Assembly: GCF_026571515.1 (NCBI RefSeq)
Contig: NW_026853980.1
Coordinates: 62,001 to 126,000, forward strand
Reading direction: 5' to 3'
Source: Ruditapes philippinarum
Lineage: Eukaryota
DNA length: 64,000 nucleotides
The notes below the pieces were generated by a model. The model was given only the letters and a program-made list of their open reading frames with translations, made no database searches and had not been told where the DNA came from. Position 1 is the first letter of the stretch. Every line of letters starts with the position of its first letter. A program made the translations under genes and the position numbers. Shown piece after piece: positions 26,040-39,353 of this stretch.

Positions 26040-26266
26040 GTCGTGGTTGTATTAGTAGTTTTCACTGCGAATCACGGCAGTAAGCCACTTTGAATTTGGC
26101 AGAGCACAGTTCAGCCACCGTGTCGTCCCTGGGTAGGCTTTCAAGCAGTTAACCAGTACTAGTTGCCTCCAATTTCGCAAGGAACTGATAACTTTTGAAC
26201 ATGCAAGAGCAGAGGTACAGTTCGAATGACCGCACAAAGGATTTCATGATCAATCACAACGAAACT
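26040..26266 (-). mobile_element. Meta-domain SINE, head deleted
   Basis: Reverse complement matches the body and tail of the SINE at 60901-61208 (GATTGATCATGAAATCCTTT..CGGTCATTCG..TGTACCTCTGCTC..GGCAACTAGT..GGCTGAACTGTGCTCTG..GTGAAAACTA). Confidence 0.85.
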
Positions 26267-26976
26267 ACTGCAGTACTTATTATATTCCTACAGTGTCTTT
26301 CGTTCATGAAAAGTCCCTTAAAGGTGAAATACAAACAGATCTATAGTGTAAAAAGCCGATTGATTCCTATAAAGACTGATGATTATCTAAGTATCAAATA
26401 AACTTTTCAGTCTTGTCTTAAATGTTAAGAATTTTGTGTCTAGACGTTTAAACCAAATAAATGTTATCCCCTTGGTTATTTTAAAAGCTTTTCAGCAAAT
26501 ATAATGGGTGGATTTCGTTTCAAAGAATTTAACACTTTTCAAAATGGTAAATGCCTACGTTCAAGAATGGTGTATATTCTTATTCGCTTCTTATTTATTG
26601 TTAGAAGAAGAATATAGAAATCGAATAAAAAAAACTCGTTTAAAATCATTTTTAAAGTAAGAAATACCTAACATTAGCATAACAGTTAATTGATATTATA
26701 AATATACCGTTCAGGTATACATTTTGATACATTAAATTTCGATGTAATCTTATTAAAAAACGAAATGTCGTTTAGAATATGCTTGGTACACAGTAGAGGC
26801 CAAGTACGTTTTTGCTCATAAATCTATAATGCTGCTAATAAGATGTGTGTAATTATTACGAGAACGTCGGGTAATTGTTTTCATAACATTCAGTTAATTT
26901 CTTTAAAATGAAACACTATTCATTACATATCATGCAAAAAAGGATACAAACAGGTCAGGACACTTATTTTGAATGC

Positions 26977-29900
26977 ATGCCTCTTTTGCTTCATTTTTAT
27001 CAGTTTTAATATATCCTCGTATCCTTATATAGCAAATCACCCGCAAAGCTAAACTGTAGGTATTTCCACTCACTATTTTATACTGTATTTATACATTCGC
27101 AACAGATGGCTATGAAAGAGCATGAATGTGTCGGATTTGTTCGCTAGTTTTGGTTAGATAAAACTTTCTTCACTGGTCTTAATAGTCAATTTTTAATCTG
27201 CAAATAGCACATTCATTATATATCTTAATTAACATTCCTAATGGTTGGTTATTTGGTTTGACAGCATTTCTTATAGTGACAAATACATGGTAATACATAT
27301 AGTTAAATATGTGGTATATGTTTGTTTCTCTCTACATTATTGTATATGTAAGATCTGCTTACTTTGCGTTTTGTTTTTGTATTGTAATCATATTTTTTGC
27401 GGGCGATGAGCTACGCTTAAGTCCGAAAAAAATAATTCTTTTCTGTTCTTTGTATTATTCATTTGATGCAATAAACTCTTTAAATATGCTACTCGGAGTT
27501 TCTAACCATTTCTTATATTTTTTACCAGTCATGTTTTCCATATAAAAATTCAGAATCACAAAGTCTGCGCCACATTTTTTAGAATCTTTTTGACTGAATA
27601 ACAAACTCATGAAGAGAATGATTTTAGATTGATAACACTTGCCGGGTCTGCAAGGCTGCAGAGAAAAATAATACCATTGTCTCACAGCCTATGATTTGTT
27701 TGTGTGTTAAATTATTCATTAAAATCAATATCCAGGTTTGAAATTACATTTCTAAGTGCTACCCACACATGTACACATCTTAGACATCTTATTGGTAAAC
27801 ACAAAATCCTTTCCAGAAATATCTCGATTATTGCATTTCTCTAGTGGATGATACTGGTATTTGCAAAGAAATCACTAAAATCACTAATAATCTATGAAAT
27901 TAGTTGATCTATTCATTGTTTTATAAGCGCTTTTCACATGATTTGTCTATATTTTGTAGCTTAAATGAGTGTCAAGCGATTTCTGCATAGTAAAGGTCGG
28001 TTGCCAAAAAATATCTGGTAAAAAATAAAGAAATAGCAATATCAAAGATTCCGTTTTTATCCTTGCTGAAACTGCGTTCATGACTATTAAATCTGCGCAA
28101 TGTAAGATGACAATTAAAAAGAAAAATAGGTGACAACTAAAAGTTAAATCTGAAAATGTTAAAAATGAATCAACTTGAAAGAAGCTCATAGCTTTGACTT
28201 TCATATACAAATGGTATCAATACCATGAATATTACAATGACTATACTTATAACTTACATTTCAAGGAATATAAACTATTTTCCTTTAGTCCAAGATCTGT
28301 ACATTTATATACCGCAACCAATGGCAATCCTTTGACATTAATTCATTTATTTATTTTGCAAAATCAAATCTACTCATTGAACGCAAAACCTCTTATCTGA
28401 ATATAGATAATCTATCTGAAATATAATTTTTGTCAAATTCGTATTTATATTTGAGTCCATAACTGTACCTCATCACTTAAAACGACGAAAAAGTCTTACT
28501 TTCGATTTTTATGCCGTTGCTTTGTGAACTTAGGATTAAAATAATTGGTTGCTTATGAAAACAGATTAAGTGGAACACAATTTTTTTAAAGATATTAATG
28601 TTATAGAAAGAATTATGATCAAATAAGACAGAAGTTCATAGCAAACGCGCAAAGGTGACGAGGAGTTGTCGACTTGTTACACTAGTTTACATAAAGCAGA
28701 TATAGCGTCTTCCATTATTACATTTGGAACAGCTGTTTTTAAAAGCAGAACTGGATATAGTATGTAATTATATATCTCGGGAATGATTGATGATAAAGAC
28801 GACACGATTGCAGCCAATAATGATGAGTGAAGAAAAAATCAAAATGACAATGATGCCCTTTAGCGACTAATATGACGACAGAAGTACATTCAATTAACCT
28901 AACGACTTTAATATGTCCCTGATTTATTAAATCGTTTGTCTATTAATAATATGAATATATAAAAAATAATGATTTTGTCAATCACAGACTAATAGTCTTG
29001 GTAAGATATTTCTGCAACAGTTTCTCACAATTGTGACTGTTATGCTACTCATTATATTCATGTATGCTTGAATATTTGTGTTTCAGTATAATTTTCAACT
29101 AAAACTAAAGGACATCTTAAATGCATTAAATACTCGCTCATTTTCTCAAAATGAATTATCATGCTTGCAATACGCGAAATAGACGTTTTCAGTTTGTTCA
29201 TTTCTTTGTAGTTCTTTTAAAACAATTGTTTTTATTTCTCGTTTTTATGACGAGTTGGTCATTTATTGAATAAATGATTATTAAGTTCACTGGTATAAAC
29301 CATTTTTCTTTACAACCTAGCTTTCATGCCAAATTGCCATTGACAAATCTTTTATTTTATAAAGCAAACAAATCTTTGAATTACACAAATCTTTATTCTC
29401 AAGAATTGATCAGAATATGATACCTTTATCTCGAGTAATGCCTGAATCATTCTGTCTTTAATCTGATTTACCGCTTTCTTGTGTTTTATGTTATTGTTCT
29501 CATATTACAGAGACCTTTGCGTGACTCCTGTACGCTTAATTAATATGATAAGAAGCCTGTGCAAACAGTTACAATACTCCGCACGAGGTCCTAAATAGCA
29601 TGTTGTTTGTTTAGTTTTGTAATTTGAACTGTATTGAATATGTTAAATGTTCACAGTCATGTATGAAGATACAGAATAATTGTGCGTGTTTAATCTGGTG
29701 GTATATTCTCTTTTTAAAGAAGGCGAATTATCGTCAGACATTCAGTATGGGAAATGCTTTGATGCTTCATACACTAACACACATGGAATATTGTTAATAC
29801 GTGAATTGTGAACATAATTTATTAAACAGCCCAACTTTGAAAAAATGCTTTTATTTTTATAAAGACATATATTTATATAATCGCGAATTTGATTTCACCT

Positions 29901-32900
29901 GAACAGAATGTGATAGAAGCATTTATTCTGAAAAAGTCATCAGACGAAATTTATCTGACCTGTTTTTTGGAAGTAATAGTTGCATAAGCGATACAAATAC
30001 GGACAAAATATTCTATTTAATAGGTGTAAATGTATTCTAAAATTAAATTTGCCTAAACGTTCCGGCTGCTTATAACGATCTTCCTTCAAATCATCTTTTG
30101 TCTTTGAAACAAAAAATCAAATTTGTTTTCAAGTCATTCTGTTCGGGCAAATATAATGATATTCCATGCAAATTTATAATGATTTTAATGAATACTCCCA
30201 AAAAGGAACTTTGTCAGGAAATATAATGATTTAATGTCAATCATAATTTTTTCTTTTCATTTATACGAGTATATGTTTCCCTTTGGGTCGTGAACAAATG
30301 AAAATGTATTTCTTAAACTATATTGTGTAGTTCTGAATGTTTAACTCTACACGTCTTAACTTAGCTGTGTAAAACTAACTTTTAAATGATAACATTCTAT
30401 TAAATTACCACCTAATATGCTAACTGAATCGTAACCAATTACATGTTCCTACTTTCCTATGAACCTAACTTAATCTAAATGCTCATTCACTTGTGTAAAA
30501 ATTGATTTGGAATCTTAATATGAACGGATCAATTTACTTAAACTTTGAACATTTCTTTGGAATTGTACACAACTAACTGAAACTTAAATGTATAAAACTA
30601 TAAATCATTAAGATATTAGAAGATTTGAAAAGTATAGCAGTCATTAACCAATATAACCGTGCCATTAGAACTTTCAAAAGTCTTTAAATATTGCACAATA
30701 CCCTTTAAAGAAAGAAATAGTATTAATTACAGCAGTCGTGTACATGAATAATATCTACGTAACGTCTGCTCAAGTAAATAATATTCTTAAGGTCAGACAG
30801 GATGAACTATTTTATTGTTTTCTGTTAATATGCAGAATGCACAGATAAAATATAGAATACCTTTTATACCTCAAATTTGTTTTCTAAAATTTAAGCTCAT
30901 TAATATTATATCATACAACTATTGATTGTTAATTGTACTTTAAATTGTCATGTTGCAATATTGCATACACTTTGTTAATACTCAACAAGCTTTGTTTCAT
31001 TTAAACGATACAAATTTTGTAATAATAATAATTATGATTATCATTATTATTATCTTTTTTAATGAAACATCAGGGTGTAAAGCAACGTCAAGCGAGGGAG
31101 CACTTAGAAGTTGTTACAAATACGGTACATAATCCATATTATGTCAGAAAGGTGAAGATAAAAAATGTTTTTGCTACAAATATAACATTTATACCTTTTC
31201 ACTTTAATAATAACAGCAATTTCCAGGTTGTTTGCAAACGTGAATGTGTAATTTTTGAAGGTATTTTGGGTCTACAAGAACATTAAAGAAAGTTTGTAAA
31301 TTTCGAGTTGTTGACAAATAAGAGGATTCTTTATAAAACCTTAATTGAATTGTCACCTACAGGCAATGTTATGTACTTTAATCCTAGACTGGTCTAGAAA
31401 TCTAACAAAATACATTCTTCAGATTTAGAAGTAATCAGCCAAGCTATCATTGTTTCCAGAAAGAGTAACTCTATCTGTATTCAAGTGCAGACAATCACCT
31501 GTTCAATAATGCATAATTTATTGTAGACGAGGGAGACAGACTGCTAACATATTGTTTACCAACAGAACAAGCATTGTATTGTAAAATCAATATTTTCTAA
31601 TTGAAAACATCCTTCAGTTTGATTAAGATGTAAACTTACACAATTCAATTAATTTGAACAAAATCAGACAAATTAACAAGATTCTATGAGTCTTGAGTCT
31701 TTAAGTAGGTCTTTTATGAGACAGAAGCTAGATATCAGATTAGATTTTAAAAGTAAGATAAATGTTGTATCATATAACAATTGTAAAGTTTTTATTACAT
31801 TATTATGTGCTTAAGTTAAGTATTTTTTACTTGTTTACTGTGAGAGATCTATTTTATTTATGACATTGTTTTTTTTTCTACCTGAAATCTCAAATAGCGT
31901 GTCGTGGTGGTGTTGTTCACTTCAGATCACTGTAATTAGTCACATCGAATTTGAACAGTTCAGCCACCAGTTCCTGTGCAGACTGTCAAGCAATTTACCA
32001 GTACTAGTTGCGTTCAATTTCGCAAAAAAACGGATGACCTGTGAACATGCCAGAAAAGAGGTACCTTCCGAATGACCGTATAAAGGATTTTATGATCAGT
32101 CACGAGGAAAGTGACATGCACCGTCCGGGAATCCGAGCTCTGCCTATTGAGCTAACCGTACGGCTAAATTTTGTTGTTTCCTTATGTATGTAATGAATAG
32201 TGTAACAATTTATACAAATATATTATATTTAACGTTCAAATTTATTCATTAATAATGTATTCAAAAACCTTTTCTACAGGAAATGATTTGTAAATATTAA
32301 GAAATGTATAGGGGAACAAACCTGTTCCGATTATTATATTTTTTACAAGAATTTAGATTTCATTTTTAGAGTTTTATTTATTATACATTTTTACCATTAC
32401 TTTTGCCAAATAAAGGTATAGTACTTATAATATTTCAACGATGTGTTTGTTTTCTTTTTAGGAAACTCCCTAAAAGGTTAAGTACAAACAGTTCTATAGT
32501 GTTAAATGCAGCTTGAGTGCTATATAGACTTATTCTTATGTAACTATGGAATATTTTCATTCTTGTCTTGAAACATTTTGTCTAGACATTTAAACCATAT
32601 AAATGTTATCCCCTCGGTTATTGTAAAAGCTTTTCAGCAAGTATAACGGGCGGATTTCGTTTCTAAGCATTTAACACTTTTCAAAATGTTAAATGCTTGC
32701 ATACAAAACTGGTATATATTTTTATATATTCTTCTTCGCTTCTTAAACAATGTTTAAAAAAGTATGTAAGTAGTAGAAATTAATAAAATAACTCGTTAAA
32801 AATCCTTTGTAATAACAGAAATACCTGTAACATTAGCATATCTGTTAATTCATATGATAACTATATCGTGCTTACACACATTTTGTTAAATTAAATTATG

Positions 32901-33360
32901 ACTTTATACATATTAAAAATAGAATGTTTAGAGTAAATTTGAATATAAAATAGAAAAGGTCAAGTACAATTTCGTTCATAAATCTATAATGTGTGTCATT
33001 ATTACGAAAACGTCGTGCAATTGATTTTATCCCACGACATTAGTGGATTCGCTACTCATTTCAATAAAACACTATAAATTTACTAGAATTTGATGCCCAA
33101 AAGAGAAGAAAAGGCCAGATAAACGTTGAATACATGAACCTATTTTCAAATTAAATACTTGTCAAGAAACATTTAGACACTTGTATTGTTAATGGCCAAC
33201 ATCCGTTTCAATTGGTGGTAATTCATACATGCTTGAACCTTTCTTAGCGTAAACATTAAGAAAGTAAAAAACAATTCAATTGTGACTAAAAGTTGAAGAT
33301 TAATTGACCTACTCTCTCTAATCAGCTTCCTGGACGAAACCATCGCTGGTATCATTTTCA
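26977..33360. repeat. Segmental duplicate unit C (~6.4 kb), with ~730 bp (29690-30420) absent from B
   Basis: Head-to-tail with B; its right part also aligns with unit D. Confidence 0.95.
31899..32165 (-). mobile_element. Meta-domain SINE at the same position in the unit as the 26040 copy, retaining part of the tRNA head
   Basis: Minus strand AGCCGTACGGTTAGCTCAATAGGCAGAG..GATTCCCGGACGG..ACTGATCATAAAATCCTTTATACGGTCATTCGG. Confidence 0.85.
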
Positions 33361-33449
33361 AAATAACAATCTGATCAAGCTAAAACTTGGGCTAACTATC
33401 AATGTGTTGAGTGGTTTGTGTCATTGCTTCCCTTTCACAATACATATCT

Positions 33450-33575
33450 CTGCTCAGGTGCCATTTCGTGCCTGGAATAATGCACGGGAGGCACATGAGG
33501 TCTTCGTTCAGCAGTAAAAAACTTGAACGTTGCCATATGACCTATATTGTGTCGATGTGACATAAAACCCAATCA
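33450..33575 (+). mobile_element. V-domain SINE, 3' fragment
   Basis: CTCAGGTGCC..TCGTGCCTGGAATAATGCACGGGAGGCACATGAGGTCTTC..GCCATATGACCTATATTGTGTCGATGTGACATAAAACCCAA; matches 60860-60900 plus 61212-61260 and the recalled bivalve V-SINE consensus. Confidence 0.75.
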
Positions 33576-35139
33576 AGTGAAAAAAATAAAAAGTAGTCTT
33601 GGCTGATACTCCGTGTATTAACGTATTTATGGCAAGTGTATTATTTACATTAACAAGCCATATAAAATAATGAATATTGATTACTTGTATTTTCTTCTAT
33701 ATAATATACATATTTATTGTCCACAGAATTATTTCACGGTAATAAATTATCAATTTGGCTTTCGTATTTTCTTTAAAACCATTAAATAAACCTAAATGTT
33801 ATATATAAACTAGTGAACTAAATCGAAATAAATTGCATGTAAATATAAAACAGCATTATTTCAATATAAAACAGCAATGATTGCAACATTATATGCATTC
33901 GTTGTGGGTTTTCCACCATTAAATGCAAAACCTGTGAAACGTTGAACAGTTTATTTCATCGGTTTACATTGTCGCACTTTATCAATGAAATATAACAAAA
34001 TAGTTCAGTCTTTCTTTATTTTCGTCCCTTTCTAAAGACAAATTTCCATTAAACCGTACATTTTGATGTTTATAAATACTATATTAAACTGATAAAGTGG
34101 CAATTTGTATTGTTTTATAATTCTTAAAATTTATTTGGGCACGAGTAAACCTAACTTTCGACCAATATAGTAGATAGTGCTACTGAACACATACCTAGAG
34201 GTGTTTTTTGAATTGCGTATCAGTTACGTTACGCCAAGTAAATAAACAACCATAAGTACGAAGTGTTGCAAATAAGCAATCGATTCATAAGGGTATCGGT
34301 TCACTCAAATTGGGTCGGTTACTTTACAGCATAATAATCGTATACAATAAATGTCAAGGTTACCATTAATTGAAAGTCTTGAATTTCAGATGAATCCGAG
34401 ACACTAAAAAGCAAAACGAAAACATAAAAAATATTTCATTTTACAACTGAACAAATAATCTTAAACTTATCTGACTAAGTACTTCTCTCTGCCTAAAAAC
34501 TATGTACTCTTCAATTTATGTATTCAATTAATTGATTGATTATAGAATGACCTTCAACATGTTTTCATAAACTGTTAGGAATTCTAACAATGATATCAAT
34601 GAACTGTACAAAAACCATCAGTATTCATCGTCATATCAACTTTTATGAATACTATTTGATTTCAATTAAGGCAACATATTTTGCCAATTGATATTTAGCA
34701 ACATATGTTTTTATGTTGTCAGAAACAGAAATGTTGTCCCTAATTTGTGTCAAATACTGTTGAAGTAACAATAACCAGTACATACACTCAAACAAATACT
34801 GTAATACTTTTCGTGGTATGATCAGACCACAGGGTCTTACACCTGTATTTCAGACGAACGTTTTGAAATCATTGCTATTTCTAAAAAATAGGACTGAACA
34901 TTTATTGAGTATACATATAATTCAATTTCCAATCTAGATTCTATTGCATTTTGTTTTGTTTTGTTAAACCATTGCCTTTAGCAATACATGTAAATCGATG
35001 TGATTGTATAAATCACTTGAAGTATGATATACAGTCAACACAGATATATATTGTTCACATATAATGCATTTACAATTATTGCAATGTTTCGAAAACACTA
35101 GATCTTAATGCGACTGCTTTAATTGTGATACACCGGAAA

Positions 35140-38100
35140 CTAAAGTAACATTAGTGAGGTAGCACTTTTAAGTTCGTTACAAATACGACATATTATTCAC
35201 ATAATGTCAAAAAATGAAGATATCATTAAACGAACAGCATTTATCACAATTACCAAATTACATGTATAGCATCTGATGATATTTAACAGCAAGTTCAATT
35301 TAATGTGCAAACAAATGGTTTACATTTAATGCCAAAAAAACAACAACATTAAGTACGGGCAAACGACTCAAGTTGTTGGAATTCTTCTAACAAATGAGCA
35401 AAACTGTTTATAAAGCCTTGATTATGTCTTCACCTGCAGGCAATGCAATGTTATATTATGCTGGTCATGAAATCTGGAAATTACTTTCTTAAGATTTAGA
35501 ATTAATCAGCCGCGCCATCATTGCTCCTAGAAAGGGAAACACTATCTGTATTTAAGTGCAGACAATATCACTTGTTCAATAATGCATAATTAATTGTAGA
35601 CGAGGGAGACAGACCCCTGACATATTGTTTACCAACAGAACAAACATTGTCTTGTAAAATCAATATTTTCTAATTGAAAATATCCTTCAGTTTGGTTGTA
35701 AACTTACACAATTAGAATAGGATAAATTATCAAAGATAACGTTAGTCTTGAGTCTGTATATTGTTCTTACATGGGATGAAAGTTGCAGGTTTGTAACAAT
35801 ATATAAAAAAGTAAGACGACGCCGACACGTATCTCTTTAGTCGTTATATGTTAAATTCAATATCTGCTTAACGTAATCTTTTAATAATATAACTATTATT
35901 TGTTTGCGAGTGTATTATCATATGTTTAAGTTATATCGTGTTGTTGTTTATTGTTAGACATATGTCATTTTGATGTTGTTTTGTCTTTCTAGCTTACACG
36001 TCCAAATTTGTTTATTATTTGTGTATATAACCATTTTATCAATTTGTACATATTTATTTAATAGCTACGTAAAAACTGTTAATCTTACAATGTGTACCAA
36101 GAAAAAAATGATATACAAGAAATAATTGGTAAAAATGAAGAAAATATACAGTGTTTCAATTTTGTTCCTAACATTTAAATTTCAACAAGTATTCCCATTT
36201 TAGTTTTCATTGTCTGTCAAAATGTGTACTTTTTATGTTTACGCACAAAAGTCAAAGATGTGTTATACTCTAATCTGATATTTGGAAAAACTTGTTATTG
36301 CTATACAATATAATTATTTTGAATTTGAAATTACAATCTTTTGAGTACCCACAGAGATGATGTTACATTCATAACTCAACTCTACACACTACCGGTAAAC
36401 ATAGTTACTGTATGAATATATAATGCTGTCAAAAACTGGCATTTTTAAAGAAATAATATTAAGTCGGCAATTAATGGGGAATGCTGCTTCCGGAAACATA
36501 ATTTGTGTATTCTCCTAATATTCATATTAGACTAATACGGTAAGGAACAATTTCCTAGCTAGTTTTCTTTAATAAATTTCTGCAATAAAAATACTTTACC
36601 GAAATATTAGAATAGAGTAGTATAGCTTTAATATTATTTTTTTCTGTAGGGTATGTCTGTGATTTAAACACTCTATAAAGGTAAAAAAATGCTAACAGTT
36701 TTATGAATATAAATTGATTCCAATTAAACTTAAATGTTGTACATATACATATACTGACATATGCCTATTTTAATGTGAAATAAACTTTTCATTCATTTCA
36801 CATATGTAAAACAATTTGTCTAGACATTTAAAACAGGTACATTGTAGTTAGATTCTATCCCCTCAGCTATTGTAAAAGCTTTCAGCCAACTTTAATATAA
36901 TAACCAATTTCCGTTTTTTGAGAAATTTATCAGTTTCATAAATATTTAAGTGGATTGGTTTTTAATGGGCTCCTTTAACATACGCATTTCATGTATTGAT
37001 GAAAACAACAGATATGTGTCATATTCATATAAGATATTGCTTAGAAAAAATGTTTATAATGTTGATGAAGTCGTAAGTGATTTGTATGAATATCTTTATG
37101 ATGAATAATAATATTTTGCATTAGAACAATTATATGTGCTATATAAATGTATGTAATATCGAATCATGCATCTCACAAATTCCAACACTATCCATATACA
37201 ATTACTTCGTGGTTTGTTGCCATGTATACTACTAAATACGTTAAACATAATTAACTTTTCTATTAAAGACCTTTCATTTTAGACCAATTCACATTAAAAT
37301 TATGCTCTTTGATTAACAAAATCGCAAATGTTAAAACGCTTAAAATATAGTGGTAGTTAGCTTCATATGAAACGAATGAACGTTATAATTAACATGACAA
37401 TCATTACACAACTCTTTATATTTTAGCATTTGTTTTACTGCTGCTTATTATCTATGTGCAAAAATTGTAAAAGATCTTTACCGCTTGTTACAATGTATCA
37501 AATTGTTTTAAAGCTTTATTTAACAGTACAAATACTAACTCGTTTAAAATTTCTTAAAATTTAACTTTAGCATTTTAATCAATAGATGGTGATAAAAATA
37601 CCATTCATGTATAAATTTACGTTCAACGCAATTTTGATTTTTTTCTCATTAAAAACGTAGTGTCATTTATAATATATACTGAGTACATTTAGATCTGAAA
37701 CAGAACAGCCCAAGTACAATTCAATTCATGAATCTAGAACACTGCTATATACGTGCGTGTGTAATTATGTCACAGTATTGCTGATGTCGCTATTTATTGC
37801 CGACACAGGTTTGTACATGTAATTAAATACTTTTTTGATTAATCTTCAATATACAATGTGCACAAAGAATCAAGACAAACATTTAATGAATGCATATTAC
37901 ATAGTTTTCCAAACGAATGCTTGAAACGTCATATTTAGGTTCCAATATCAGTCATGTATTTTCTACAAATTGAATATATTTATTGCACCAATGCTATATT
38001 GAATTACTTTTTGGTATAAGATAAATAGTATGTTTCTTGTCCATTACATCATATTAATATTAATATTACATATACAGGCTATAAACTCTGTATTAATTAG

Positions 38101-38420
38101 TGGCTTCCCCCAGTTCTCGCCAAAGATGATACAAGTAAAACAGTGCCAGCTTGATATATATTATGATACAATGATCGAAAGTAATATTCCATACAGTTGT
38201 TATTTGTACCAATTAATATTCAATGATACAGTTGTTTAGTTTCTGTATTGTAAATTATTCCGATGATTATTCCTTTTTGTATTTGTTAATGACAAAGAAA
38301 AAATAAAATAGTTGATTACATACAAACTTGAAGCTGTCTATGGTTAACTTGTGAAGAAAGTTTGTATTTTATTTGAAAGAATATTGACTCAGCTTCCTGG
38401 AATTTACCAGTGCTGGCCTA
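35140..38420. repeat. Segmental duplicate unit D (right part of the unit; left boundary uncertain)
   Basis: AAAGTAACATTAGTGAGGTAGCACTT..GTTACAAATACG (35142), CACCTGCAGGCAATG..GACGAGGGAGACAGAC (35431-35614), GTCTAGACATTTAAA (36818), CAAGTACAATT (37710) and CAGCTTCCTGGA (38390) all match C in order; lacks the SINE. Confidence 0.85.
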
Positions 38421-38649
38421 CCTCTAAATTATATTTTGTATTTGTAATACGAAGTAACACATTTGGCCTTAGACCCGCGATCCGTATGTTTAGTGACAGA
38501 AATCACCGTGTTATCGATTCTTTTTTGTAATATTATATATAGTTTTTTCTGGATAACGTACTGTAGCAGACACGTCTCTATAAATCGCCAAAAGGAGACA
38601 TGTAGAAAAGCACAGATCATATAACAATCATATGAGAAATAAAAATATC

Positions 38650-38820
38650 AAAAATCATTATCATTACGCATTGTACAGTCTGGCACTACAGCTCTCTTGT
38701 GTATTCATACGCTTGCAATAACAGAAATAGTCCGGTATATTCAAGATAATGATGTATTGATATCATTTACTTTAAAGCAACTGAAAACTAAATAGGCTAC
38801 TAAATAAAACAAAAATTGTC
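38650..38820. repeat. ~170-bp module repeated at ~42335-42472 and ~42545-42705
   Basis: Shared ..TATTCATRCGCT..ACWGAAAYAGT..AAGCAA..AAAACT..CTACTAAATAA. Confidence 0.75.
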
Positions 38821-39353
38821 TTTGCTCTACAGCAAGTAACTAGTTAATGGATGACTCGGATGAATTTTCCTCTGAAGACAGACATTATTTGCAAAGTCGT
38901 CTAAATGGCTTTAAAAAACTTTTTAAAACGACATTCATTCCTAAATAATCTTAAAACGTGAGGAATTGTATTTCGCACAGAACATATTAACACTCTCATA
39001 TCATATACATTGAAAAAATTATATCATAAAAAATCAAGTATTGTCATTTACATATATCAAATATTTAAGTAAGTTTGTTTACACAATCAATATGATATCA
39101 TGCTTAGACGATTATATTCATGTAACCAAATAGAGAAAGTGAGAATCCCTAACGAAAGTCCAAAACGGCAAAATTAAAAATGTTGAAGGCTCGGTTCGAT
39201 TAAGCCTGTTCAAGGACGGTACTGTAAAGTGCAAACTACCGTCCACGCTCCGTAGCACCGGCATAAACAGAATTTAACATTTGAAACATGAAAAGGCAAA
39301 ATTTTGAAATGTGTTCATATGGTGGTTATCGCTAAGGTATTTGCTGATTTCTC

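Larger units (their letters stand above)
21890..26980. repeat. Segmental duplicate unit B (~5.1 kb)
   Basis: Continuous colinear alignment with 26977-33140 along its whole length. Confidence 0.95.

Noticed and set aside
31527-31600. Frame DEGDRLLTYCLPTEQALYCKINIF* shared by C and D
   Set aside because: Frameshifted in B and stopped in A, and conservation continues past the stop; better explained as a non-coding block.
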